This document shows, piece after piece, positions 46,755 to 56,379 of a DNA stretch of 61,147 nucleotides. The notes under the pieces were generated by a model. The model did not search any database. It saw only the letters and a list, made by a program, of their open reading frames with translations, and was not told the DNA's origin. The translations under genes and the position numbers were made by a program. The DNA comes from Candidatus Woesearchaeota archaeon (GTDB lineage Archaea > Nanobdellota > Nanobdellia > Woesearchaeales > ARS49), in the NCBI GenBank assembly GCA_016929895.1, contig JAFGHW010000048.1, forward strand, positions 1 to 61,147, in the 5' to 3' direction. How positions within the stretch are numbered: position 1 is the stretch's first letter; every line of letters starts with the position of its first letter.

Positions 46755-49700
46755 TCAATCTATCTCGATAATTTTTATCTTAAAATTTAACGTCTGATTT
46801 CCAAGAGGATGTTTTTTAGCATTAATACCATAAGCATCTTCAGGGGCGATTTTTGTAGTCTTGACAGAACCTTTTTGCATACCTTTAACCCCTTCATCAA
46901 AACCCTTAATCATTTTTCCTTCGCCCACTTTGAATTGCAAGGGAGTATTTTCATATTCATCAAAATCTGCGTTTTTGGAAATATTTTTAGAGTTCCAATC
47001 ATTTATACTCGAATCAAAAACAGTTCCATTTTCAAGCCAACCAATATATTCAACAACAACAATATCGCCTTTGGAAACAATTGTCTTTTCAATCAAATCA
47101 GGATGAATATTGGGCTTATGGCCCTCCCAATCTGCTTTCCAAACATAAATCATTCCGCCAGTGACCTGCCTTTGTTCATCAAAAAGATCAAAATGTTTAA
47201 GTCCATGACCTTTTAAGAAAAATAATCTTGTAAACATGCTCATAGCAAGCTCTTTTGAAACAAGAATACTACTGTATCCGCTTCCTTCAGGAATCAAAAC
47301 AGCAGAAATTTCAACTTCAGTATTATCGAATTCTTTTTCAATTACTTTTTTAGATTCTTTATCAATATAAACCAAAGATTTTGGAACTCCTGCTCTATTT
47401 TGGATATTAATTAATGCGGTATATTCTGAATTATTCTTCTTAACAATCAAGCCATTACTGCATTTAATTATATTGTTGCTTTCTGCGCACCCACTAATAC
47501 TTGAAGCAAAACCAGGCCATGGAGAAATCCATGCATTTGCTTCTTTCTCATCTGTAATAGCTTGGGCTTCAAAATAAATATTCTCTGCTTGTTCTTCACT
47601 AAAATTATATTTTTCAACCATTGTTTGAACCGCTTCTGTCCTATCAAGACGCCTTAAATTAACCCAAACATCTGCACGTTTAAAATCCCATCCACCAAAA
47701 TGCGCCCAAACTCCTGCCTTATTAATCATATCCGCGGAAGTAATAAAATAATTTTCAGGAGGAGAACAATGAGTATATTGAAGAATTTCTTCCGGATCAT
47801 CAAAATATTCTGTTAAAATATCTTTTGCCTCTTCTTTCCCAACAGTGATTATTGTATAAATTAAATCAACACTTTTGGCAGTATCTTGAAGTTTTTCATT
47901 AATCAATTCAAATGCATTATTTGAACCGCAATCAAGCATGCGCAGAATACCAACAGCAACATCTTCATTATCTGTTAGAAGCGCCTTACCAATCCAATGA
48001 GCATGAGGATAATTCTGTGTTGCTCCGTCAAAAGTAACTGCCCTATCCGCAATATACTTAAAATGATGACCAAAATCCCACCAAGAATTAATAATTGCAT
48101 TAGGCGCAGATTCTTCTTTAATCTTAGTCAATGAATTCCACCAAGCATCATTAATTATAGGAAAATTATTGTTAATAGATGCATAACTGCTTTTAGTAGG
48201 CGAAATAAGCAAGATTCCAAATATTGTGATAATTACAATGCCAGAAACCCATTTTGGAATCTTTAACTCTTTTTTCATCCATTTAGAAACCCAAATATGA
48301 ATCATGCCTGCGGCAACACCAAAAGCAATTGAAAAAGCAGGCACTAAAAGTAAAACAAATCGAACACCTTTTGTTGAAGCGTATATCGTGCTCGCAAACC
48401 AAACAATCAATAAAACTGCATATTTAATATCCCTCCTTTTTCCTGAAGAATCTTTAATGGTTAGAGTTAATAGAATCCCAATTGAACTAATTAAAAAAAG
48501 AAATTTTCCTCCAATGCCATCAATAATCGAAGATATAGATGCGGGATTAAGTTCTGCAACAGTAGTGTAAACATTAGGCCATAAGTTAGCATGTGACGCT
48601 GCTTTGATTACTGTGAATGTAAACGGGGCAAGAATAATATTGGTAAATGAATCCACGCTTGAAAAGATACTTATAAATATTCCTGAGAAAATAAAAAAAG
48701 TGCATGCTATTAAAAAAATATTTTTTAATTCTCTACTTTCTTTAAGAAAACTTGGCTTTTTTATGATTTCTGTATAATTAAAAATGATTAAATAAGCCAA
48801 ATTTATAAATAACGTAATCAATAAGAAGTAGAAAACATACCACCAGCCCCCGGCCCATGCTTTTGAAAAAATTGCAAGAGAAAATGCAGTAAGAGCAGAG
48901 AATAAAAGTTTCTTTTTATAACTTTTGGCAATAATGCTTTCTATAAACAACCAAACTATCAGAATAGGAAAAAATATATTATACGCATCTGTATCTGCGT
49001 GCCCCCAAGGAGTTCTTCCAAGGGCGCCAACATTTAAAACCATCATAGACGCGGCAAAAAAACCTCCAACATTCCCTGCTAACCTTTTTCCAATAAAGAA
49101 AATTGGAAACAAAGACAGAAAAATCATTATAATGGGAAAATATGTTGCAGACTGCATCAATGGAATATTTGAATTAAAAAAACTCATTATTTTATACAAA
49201 AAAACAAGAAAAAAATGATGAAAATTAATACTTACTCGTCTTCCAAGCGGAGCAAGTGAATGATCATCCCATGTTGTGCCATCTTTGATAGTATCCGCAA
49301 AACTTCCAGTTTCAATTTTATTTCTCGCGAATCTCAAATAAGTATAAGGATCAATATCTGGCATGTATACATATGATTTACCATTACTTTCATATTGGAA
49401 TCTTGAACGAAATTGTTTGGCCATTTCTTTTATTTGCGCATCAACAGTTTCTTTTTGTTCAGAAAGAATTTTATTAAGCTCTTTATCAACTAACTTATTT
49501 TTATTTTCTTCAGGAAGATTTGGGTATTGCCTGTTGATTTGCTCACTAATCTGGTTCTTGTAAAAATTATGAACCGAATCTGCGGCCCAATTATCAATCT
49601 GAGGCAAATTCTGTGACTGCATTCTCATCCAAAGACCGCCCCAGGGGAAAAAGCCTGCGTTAGGCATGAACTGTAAAATAATCAAAAGTACCAGAATAAA

Positions 49701-49880
49701 AATTATTTGATGTTTTTTTACTAAATGGAATATTTTTGTAATGTCAATTGTTTGAAAAGAATCTTTATCTTGTCCTTCATCAACTCTGTTTTCAGGATGT
49801 TTAATATTTTTTTTTATTTTTCTAAAGAAATCTCCTATTTTCTTGAAATCTATACTTATTTCTTCATTACTTTCTTCCAT
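46755..49880 (-). CDS. aglB: Archaeal oligosaccharyltransferase AglB (STT3 family) with C-terminal FKBP-type peptidyl-prolyl isomerase domain
   Basis: 1041 aa, multi-pass in the N-terminal two thirds. The first-loop acidic motif is MPDIDPYTYLR. The WWDFG catalytic motif is encoded at nt 48069-48083. The last ~105 aa form an FKBP domain. Confidence 0.9.
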   Translation of the reverse strand: MEESNEEISIDFKKIGDFFRKIKKNIKHPENRVDEGQDKDSFQTIDITKIFHLVKKHQIIFILVLLIILQFMPNAGFFPWGGLWMRMQSQNLPQIDNWAADSVHNFYKNQISEQINRQYPNLPEENKNKLVDKELNKILSEQKETVDAQIKEMAKQFRSRFQYESNGKSYVYMPDIDPYTYLRFARNKIETGSFADTIKDGTTWDDHSLAPLGRRVSINFHHFFLVFLYKIMSFFNSNIPLMQSATYFPIIMIFLSLFPIFFIGKRLAGNVGGFFAASMMVLNVGALGRTPWGHADTDAYNIFFPILIVWLFIESIIAKSYKKKLLFSALTAFSLAIFSKAWAGGWWYVFYFLLITLFINLAYLIIFNYTEIIKKPSFLKESRELKNIFLIACTFFIFSGIFISIFSSVDSFTNIILAPFTFTVIKAASHANLWPNVYTTVAELNPASISSIIDGIGGKFLFLISSIGILLTLTIKDSSGKRRDIKYAVLLIVWFASTIYASTKGVRFVLLLVPAFSIAFGVAAGMIHIWVSKWMKKELKIPKWVSGIVIITIFGILLISPTKSSYASINNNFPIINDAWWNSLTKIKEESAPNAIINSWWDFGHHFKYIADRAVTFDGATQNYPHAHWIGKALLTDNEDVAVGILRMLDCGSNNAFELINEKLQDTAKSVDLIYTIITVGKEEAKDILTEYFDDPEEILQYTHCSPPENYFITSADMINKAGVWAHFGGWDFKRADVWVNLRRLDRTEAVQTMVEKYNFSEEQAENIYFEAQAITDEKEANAWISPWPGFASSISGCAESNNIIKCSNGLIVKKNNSEYTALINIQNRAGVPKSLVYIDKESKKVIEKEFDNTEVEISAVLIPEGSGYSSILVSKELAMSMFTRLFFLKGHGLKHFDLFDEQRQVTGGMIYVWKADWEGHKPNIHPDLIEKTIVSKGDIVVVEYIGWLENGTVFDSSINDWNSKNISKNADFDEYENTPLQFKVGEGKMIKGFDEGVKGMQKGSVKTTKIAPEDAYGINAKKHPLGNQTLNFKIKIIEID
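46758..47090 (-). other. FKBP-type PPIase domain at the C-terminus of AglB
   Basis: The domain reads GDIVVVEYIGWLENGTVFDSS...PLQFKVGEGKMIKGFDEGVKGMQKGSVKTTKIAPEDAYG...LNFKIKIIEI. It matches the FKBP consensus GD.V.V.Y.G.L.dG..FDSS...P..F.lG.g.vI.G..eg..GM..G....l.IP...aYG. Confidence 0.85.
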
Positions 49881-49999
49881 GCAAATATTTCCCCCCTTGA
49901 AAAGAAATCACTAATTAACTTAAAAATCTTTCTTTTTTTTCATAAATGATGCTTAAATCATAACTTTTTTAAACCTAATTTAGAAAGTATTACAACGAC

Positions 50000-50710
50000 A
50001 TGATGCTATCAGTTGTAATCGCGATTTATAACGAAGAAAAGAATGTTAAGGAATTAACACTGCGATTAATAAAAACACTTAATTCTTTAAAAATTCCTTT
50101 TGAAATAATATATATTGTTGAAGGGGAGGATCAAAGCATAAATATTTTAAAACAACTACAGAAAAAAGAAAAACGCTTGCGATTATTTTATTCTAAAAAA
50201 CCCTCTGGACTTGGCCGCGCTTTTAAAACAGGTTTTTGTAATATCCGCAGGGATTCTACACATATCCTTACATTAGATGCTGACCTTAATCATCAACCAG
50301 AAGAAATTCCTTATTTTTTTAAGCTTATGAAAAAACAAAATGCAGATATGGTTATTGGGTCTAGATTTGTTTCTGGCGGGTCAATAGATATTTTTCCATG
50401 GCATAAACGAATAGTAAGTAGATTTACAAATGTTCTCGTTGAAATTGTTACAGGAATAAAAGCTAAGGATAAAACATCTAATTACCGACTTTACACCCGG
50501 CAAGCCCTAAACTGCGTTGTTAACAAAATGAAATTTCCTGGCTTTGAAACCGTAGTGGAAATGCTTTTAATCACCGCAAAAAATAAATTTAGAATCGCTG
50601 AAACACCCATACAATTCAAATGGAGAGTCCATGGAGAATCCAAATTAAACATGTTCAAAACTGCGATAGGTTATTTTAAACTATTCCTTAGAATTTCATC
50701 TTACAAATGA
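50000..50710 (+). CDS. GT2 dolichyl-phosphate hexose synthase-like glycosyltransferase
   Basis: 236 aa with VVIAIYNEE, VEGEDQS and LDADLNHQP, a dolichol-phosphate-mannose-synthase-like pattern. An ATGA overlap links it to the next gene. Confidence 0.85.
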   Translation: MMLSVVIAIYNEEKNVKELTLRLIKTLNSLKIPFEIIYIVEGEDQSINILKQLQKKEKRLRLFYSKKPSGLGRAFKTGFCNIRRDSTHILTLDADLNHQPEEIPYFFKLMKKQNADMVIGSRFVSGGSIDIFPWHKRIVSRFTNVLVEIVTGIKAKDKTSNYRLYTRQALNCVVNKMKFPGFETVVEMLLITAKNKFRIAETPIQFKWRVHGESKLNMFKTAIGYFKLFLRISSYK

Positions 50711-52467
50711 CAGAGAAAATTATGAGTTCTATGCGCAAACGGAATAATGCAATTATTTTATTAGTTGTACTAATATTGGTATCATTGATATTAAGGGTTC
50801 CTAATTTGGGTTTTCCTTTTTTTGGGGATGAAGCTTGGCACGACTTTGTTAAATTTCATAAAGGAAATCTTTTTTCTTTAAAATATACCTCTATAGACGG
50901 GGAGGATACTATTCCAATTGATCCTCCGTTAACAGGATGGTTTTATTTATTATACAGCTTGATTTTTGGATTCTCAACGATTATATTACGCTCTACAAGT
51001 CTTTTATTCGCCTTGATTAATATATTTTTGGTATATACTATTGCAAAAAAAGTGTTTGACCGAAAAACTGCCTTGTTTTCAACTTTTTTATTGGCAATAA
51101 GCTACTGGCACTGCATTGAATCATATATTTTAGACAGAGATGGAAATTTTTTAATCTTTTTTTATTTAGTAATACTTCTTCTTTATCTTTATTACCGCGA
51201 AACAAAAAACAAGAGATATTTGTGGCTTGGCGCCCTGATATCTATACCATACATGTTTATAAAAATTTCAGGAGTCTTAATCACCGCCATACTGTTTATT
51301 TCAATTTTATACGACAATAAAATATTCCAATTTCTATTTAAAAATGTAAGAAATCTTTTGAATATTGAAATATACCGCAAATCTAATTTTAAAATAGCTT
51401 TTTTTGAAATATCCCCTTTTATACTGGCGAATATATTATCTTACCTTATATTTATTGGAGGAACCTTTCTTCTCAGTCCGGAATACTTTTCTGCACTACT
51501 AACACAAGAAGCAATACCTATTGAATTTTTTACAGCGTCATGGATTAAATCTATTGCGCGAGAAATAATCTATCTTTTCTTATACGGCTCTCCGCTTTTA
51601 ATTGGGCTTTCTATATTATCAATAATACATTTTCACAAAAAGAAAGTTTTATTCCTCTTCTGGCTTTTTGTTCCGATTTTAGCATATTCAAAAATACCAT
51701 ACGCGGGCGCTCTTGAAAGATACTTGTCAGTAATATTGCCGCCGCTCTGCATTCTTGGCGGCGCTTTTTTAGCAAAACTAAATTTACGCAAAAAGCAATA
51801 TTGGCTACTTGGCGGGGTATTATTCTTTTCTTTTCTTTTACTTAATATATTCAGTCTTTTTAAAGCAGAATATCTCCAGCATAATATAAACGAATACTTT
51901 TTAAGAGCAGCAACACTTAAATGGCATTTTCTTTTCCCGTTTTATGGTGCGGGAGGGCCTGCATTTTTAGTGCCTTTTTGGGTGGTAGCTATTTCTGTTC
52001 TATTAAGCATGTTGTTTTTGGTCTTTGCAATATTTTTCCTGAAACATAAAAAGATTTTTTTTATTTTTCTAACACTTTTTTTGGCAGTCAGTCTTTCATT
52101 TAATCTTTATATTCTTCAAGAATTCAATTTTTCAATCCATTCGCCCAATATCCGAGCAGGTTTTAATGATTTGCTTCAAGAATTAAACACAGAATCCACA
52201 GATAAAATTTACACAAACATTGGTTCTATACGAGTTTATACTGATAGAGATATTCAATTTATTAGATTATGGTGCCCTAAAGATGATTACTCCTGTTGGT
52301 CTGAATTAGATTCTAAAATAAAAACAACAGGCGGAGCAGCGTATATTCTTGATTTTCCAAGAACTTTTGAAAGTTCTATGCGCAGTACAATAATTGAAAA
52401 AAACTGCCAACTAAGAAAAGAGATTTCAGATAAGCAGGCAAGAATAGGAATGATATATGATTGCTAG
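50707..52467 (+). CDS. GT-C fold membrane glycosyltransferase (PMT_2/ArnT-like)
   Basis: 586 aa. The first loop reads FFGDEAWHDF, followed by IDPPLTGWFY and then many TM helices and a C-terminal soluble domain. Confidence 0.75.
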   Translation: MTEKIMSSMRKRNNAIILLVVLILVSLILRVPNLGFPFFGDEAWHDFVKFHKGNLFSLKYTSIDGEDTIPIDPPLTGWFYLLYSLIFGFSTIILRSTSLLFALINIFLVYTIAKKVFDRKTALFSTFLLAISYWHCIESYILDRDGNFLIFFYLVILLLYLYYRETKNKRYLWLGALISIPYMFIKISGVLITAILFISILYDNKIFQFLFKNVRNLLNIEIYRKSNFKIAFFEISPFILANILSYLIFIGGTFLLSPEYFSALLTQEAIPIEFFTASWIKSIAREIIYLFLYGSPLLIGLSILSIIHFHKKKVLFLFWLFVPILAYSKIPYAGALERYLSVILPPLCILGGAFLAKLNLRKKQYWLLGGVLFFSFLLLNIFSLFKAEYLQHNINEYFLRAATLKWHFLFPFYGAGGPAFLVPFWVVAISVLLSMLFLVFAIFFLKHKKIFFIFLTLFLAVSLSFNLYILQEFNFSIHSPNIRAGFNDLLQELNTESTDKIYTNIGSIRVYTDRDIQFIRLWCPKDDYSCWSELDSKIKTTGGAAYILDFPRTFESSMRSTIIEKNCQLRKEISDKQARIGMIYDC

Positions 52468-53531
52468 AATAAAAATTTGATTAATTTTGGTTCAGCAAGA
52501 ACAAGCTTGAAAAGTAATTTCGAAGGAAACTCGCGGCAATTATTTGCAAAAAGCTTTTTAATCTTTTTTTGCTTGATTTGATTAATAAGCATGATATATT
52601 CTTTATCTTCAAAGTTATTCAACTTTTTTCTGATCAAATTATGCACTAATAATTGATAATGCGGCTTTTTAATCTGTTTTGCGTAATCTTTATTATTTAC
52701 GATACAATCAGACAAAATCCCTGAAGATTCTAACCCGCTTAATAAGCCGCCGCCTGTAGTTGCTTTTGTTAATGCCGCAGCATCGCCTATTAAAAAAACA
52801 TTGCCTTTTTTAACTCTTTGTTTACTATTATAGATTGGAATTAAACCTCCCTGGTACTCAATTGGCTGAAATTTTAATGCTCTTAGAAAATATTGAAAAT
52901 AATTATTAGTAGATCTTTTTGTTGCTAAACCAACCCTTGCAGTAGTTCTAGATTCGGGAACAACCCAGGCAAAAAAATTCGGCGCAACCTTATTGCCAAA
53001 AAAAGTTGTAAAAGTATTCTTATTAAAATTTCCCCTTACAATTGCCTGCATTCCAACCAAGAATTCTCTATTATTATATAATCCTGCAGATTTTGCAACT
53101 TTAGAAGTTGGGCCATCTGCTCCAACAAAATAATCTGCTTTATTGCTGATTAAACCATTTTTTGTTTTGATTATTGCCTTATTATTTTGGAACCCTTTGA
53201 ATCTATGATTAAAATGAATATTCGCTCCTGCATCTACTGCTTTATTTAATAGATAGTTATCAAATCTTGTCCTGTCCAGCAAATATTCTTCTAAAGGAAT
53301 TTCTGCAAAAGAATTGTCAGGAGCAACAACCTGAACTTTATTGAAATGGTTAACTACAAATTCTTTGCTTTTAGGAACATATTTGAATAATCGCTTGGTT
53401 ACAATTCCAGTGCACTGGATAGGCAAACCTGCTTTAGGATGCTCTTCAAAAATATTAACCTCAAAGCCTTTTTTGGCCAGCAAATATGCACAATAACTGC
53501 CTATCGGGCCGGCGCCTATAATGGAAATCAT
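52464..53531 (-). CDS. Geranylgeranyl-reductase-family FAD-dependent oxidoreductase
   Basis: 355 aa with MISIIGAGPIGSYCAYLLAKKGFEV (dinucleotide fold) and IGDAAALTKATTGGG. Confidence 0.78.
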   Translation of the reverse strand: MISIIGAGPIGSYCAYLLAKKGFEVNIFEEHPKAGLPIQCTGIVTKRLFKYVPKSKEFVVNHFNKVQVVAPDNSFAEIPLEEYLLDRTRFDNYLLNKAVDAGANIHFNHRFKGFQNNKAIIKTKNGLISNKADYFVGADGPTSKVAKSAGLYNNREFLVGMQAIVRGNFNKNTFTTFFGNKVAPNFFAWVVPESRTTARVGLATKRSTNNYFQYFLRALKFQPIEYQGGLIPIYNSKQRVKKGNVFLIGDAAALTKATTGGGLLSGLESSGILSDCIVNNKDYAKQIKKPHYQLLVHNLIRKKLNNFEDKEYIMLINQIKQKKIKKLFANNCREFPSKLLFKLVLAEPKLIKFLF

Positions 53532-53667
53532 TAATTTTGTAGAGAACGTGCTCTATATAATAATCTTATTATTCACTACTCCACAATACTCCAAATCCGC
53601 AAGCTTTAAATATCCCGGAAGTTTTTAAGCAGATATTCATATTGGCTAAATAATTGGGGGGAATAAA

Positions 53668-54795
53668 ATGAGTAAATATTCAAGAATACTTGTTGCAGGA
53701 ACGGCTTTATTAGCTCTTTATTCAATTATGGGCGGATGCCGTTCTTCACAAAAATATACTGTTCCTGGAATGAATAAAAATTCTTTTGCAGGCTATTCTC
53801 TTAAAAAATCACCTTCTGGCCAGCTTATAATATCACAAGCAGATGATTCTGAGCCTTTATTTTCAGAACCTGCAGAGGATTCATATCAAGGTTCTTACCA
53901 AGACAAAAATGTAAATGTGATTGTTAAACCAAGAACAAAAAGAAAAGTATTAACAGACATTGCAGCAAAAATTGAAGCAGGAAAAGAATACCAGGAAGCA
54001 AGAGCAGGCACAAAAGCAATAATCAGACCAGATGAATCTTGGAGAATAATCCCTGAAATAACAGGAGCAATAGCAACAAAGCCTTATTCTGATGGACGCT
54101 CTGCGCAATTAGACCAATTAGTTGCTGGTATAAGAGCTGGGGCATATCAGCCAATGCGAATAGGAGACTTTATTGATGGATTTGCAAAAGACCTACAATT
54201 ATATTTAGAAGGCGGTGCTCATATAATGGGCGGAAAATACAACGGAAGACTTGATGAAGAACATTATGCCGCCCTAGCAAGAATAGGAATAGGCTTATTC
54301 TCACAAGAAGCAGGAACATATCTAAAAGCAATGTTAGCAGCAGGACCAGGAAGATTTTCAATAGACTTAACTGATGAAGACAGAGAGAGATTAGGATTAG
54401 ATTCAAATACAATAAGTGATTCGTTAGTAAGAGCAATTATTGATGTTCAAGCAAGACAAGATATTTGGAAAGGGATATATGCCAAAGGAAGATTTAATGT
54501 TTCTGTACAGAATAGAGAGAATTGGGATAATTACAGAGCAATTGCTTCTGAATTAGGAATAGGACTTAGAGGAGAATTCCCTGGAGTTTTTGAAAGATGG
54601 TATATGGAAGCATTGGCAACATATAGAGATGAATTAGACCAATATTTCAATAATACATCTGCAAACCGGAACATATTTGGCGGAAGAATTGGAGCAGGAG
54701 CACAGATTGGAAGAAACAGCGTAGTAGAATTAGCATTAGAATACGACGAAGAACTTTTATTAAGCTTAATATTGCAATGGCTAGTTAGGCTTTGA
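53668..54795 (+). CDS. Secreted or lipid-anchored protein of unknown function (lipobox-like signal)
   Basis: 375 aa. The N-terminal hydrophobic segment ends in LYSIMGGC. The composition is rich in Gly/Ala/Arg, unlike the Lys/Ile/Asn-rich glycan-locus proteins. Confidence 0.5.
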   Translation: MSKYSRILVAGTALLALYSIMGGCRSSQKYTVPGMNKNSFAGYSLKKSPSGQLIISQADDSEPLFSEPAEDSYQGSYQDKNVNVIVKPRTKRKVLTDIAAKIEAGKEYQEARAGTKAIIRPDESWRIIPEITGAIATKPYSDGRSAQLDQLVAGIRAGAYQPMRIGDFIDGFAKDLQLYLEGGAHIMGGKYNGRLDEEHYAALARIGIGLFSQEAGTYLKAMLAAGPGRFSIDLTDEDRERLGLDSNTISDSLVRAIIDVQARQDIWKGIYAKGRFNVSVQNRENWDNYRAIASELGIGLRGEFPGVFERWYMEALATYRDELDQYFNNTSANRNIFGGRIGAGAQIGRNSVVELALEYDEELLLSLILQWLVRL

Positions 54796-54804
54796 GGTTA
54801 AAAA

Positions 54805-56379
54805 ATGGCAGAAGAAAATGGCAATCAAGATAAGGATCCTAAAAGACCGTCGTTAGGCGAGATGTTTAAAAAAATGGATGAGAAAGGAAAGAAAGGTGCA
54901 AAACCAATAGAAGAAGATCAACCAGGCGAAACAGTTACAGATGTGCCTGATATTAGTGGAGGTATAACTGATGATAGTTTTTCAGAAAGAAGAACAAGAG
55001 AAGCTGAGAATACTCCAGAAAGTGGCGATTCAGGATTGTTATACGATAATCTCGATAATCTAAATCTTGACGAAGAACCAAATCCTGCAGAACCATTACC
55101 GCAAGAAATTGTTCCTGAACAACCTTCTGAAGCAGGTATGCAACCGCCATCACAAGAGGGTTTTCCTGAAGATTTTTATGAAGACGATACGCCACCACAA
55201 GCATCATCACAAATACCAAGATCTGCATTTGGAAGTGCAATAAGACATCCTGCAGTGACTATGTTGGGCGCGGGAGTGATAGCATTTTTACTACTTCAAG
55301 CATCAAATTTTATGGCAAATTGGTATACCTCATCTAAGAAAAAAGATAAAACAGAAGCATCTATCCCGGCTGAAGATTCAGATTTAGAAGGCATTTCAGC
55401 AGAACTAAAAAAGCTGGGAGCAAAATTTGATATTAACGAATCAAACAATCGCAGGAAATACATTAGCATGATTGAATCTAATAAAAAATTAGAAGCAAAA
55501 GTATCTGACTTGGAACAATTAAAAACAAATCCAGAAACAGCACCAATGAAAGAAATGGAAGATTATCAAAAAGAAATTATGATAAGTAATAAGCGCATGA
55601 TGGATGCATATCGCAAAGAACTGCAAAACCGTGTTAATGCTGCATTAAAATCAATAAAGAATACAGGAGGCTCTGTGCAAGTAAGACCAATAGAAACAAC
55701 AGAACCTATAAAACCAGTAGAGCCTAAAGAAAAACCAAACGATAAACCAGAATATGATCCAATTACGCAATACAATGATTTAATGGAAATGACAACCAAA
55801 GATGAGATTATAACATCATATGAATTAGCACAAGCAACTAGCAATTGCAGACACATATTAGGTTTATTGCAAAAAAATCACCCTGTTTACGGCAAATTTG
55901 CAAGAAACAGCGAAACAATCAGAACATTAGAGCAAACTGCTAACAAATATTTAAACTTTGCAAATCAAGTACTCTTGGAAAATGAAACAGTCCAGCATAA
56001 TGAGAAATACAAAAAAGTAGAATTAAGAATAAATATAGATGCTTTGAAAAATGGCGCTGAAAAAAGCAAAAGCACAGGATGGATGGATTTAGAAATATCT
56101 TTATCTGATTTTTTTAAAATAGATAGTAATGTATATTTAGCATTGATAGTTAATTATGGAAATCCTGTTTCAGTCCTAAAACAAGGCAAAGCAGCAGAAG
56201 AATTTGTCTATAAATTACTAGAAAATGCAAAGATTTTTGATTCTGGCAAAGCATTCACAGCAGATGCAATTAAAAATGCAAAAGTAAAAGGATTAGCATT
56301 AAGATTAACCTCGCCTGATGGCGCAGAACTAACTGCAAAAAATTTACAAGATTATTTAAAACAAGATAGGGGGGATTAA
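54805..56379 (+). CDS. Single-pass membrane protein with ~150-aa acidic/proline-rich N-terminal region and helical C-terminal domain; function unknown
   Basis: 524 aa with one hydrophobic helix (AVTMLGAGVIAFLLLQASNF). The start lies 9 nt after the preceding stop. AGGT lies 8 nt upstream (within TGAGGTTAAAAA, which abuts the ATG). Confidence 0.5.
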   Translation: MAEENGNQDKDPKRPSLGEMFKKMDEKGKKGAKPIEEDQPGETVTDVPDISGGITDDSFSERRTREAENTPESGDSGLLYDNLDNLNLDEEPNPAEPLPQEIVPEQPSEAGMQPPSQEGFPEDFYEDDTPPQASSQIPRSAFGSAIRHPAVTMLGAGVIAFLLLQASNFMANWYTSSKKKDKTEASIPAEDSDLEGISAELKKLGAKFDINESNNRRKYISMIESNKKLEAKVSDLEQLKTNPETAPMKEMEDYQKEIMISNKRMMDAYRKELQNRVNAALKSIKNTGGSVQVRPIETTEPIKPVEPKEKPNDKPEYDPITQYNDLMEMTTKDEIITSYELAQATSNCRHILGLLQKNHPVYGKFARNSETIRTLEQTANKYLNFANQVLLENETVQHNEKYKKVELRINIDALKNGAEKSKSTGWMDLEISLSDFFKIDSNVYLALIVNYGNPVSVLKQGKAAEEFVYKLLENAKIFDSGKAFTADAIKNAKVKGLALRLTSPDGAELTAKNLQDYLKQDRGD

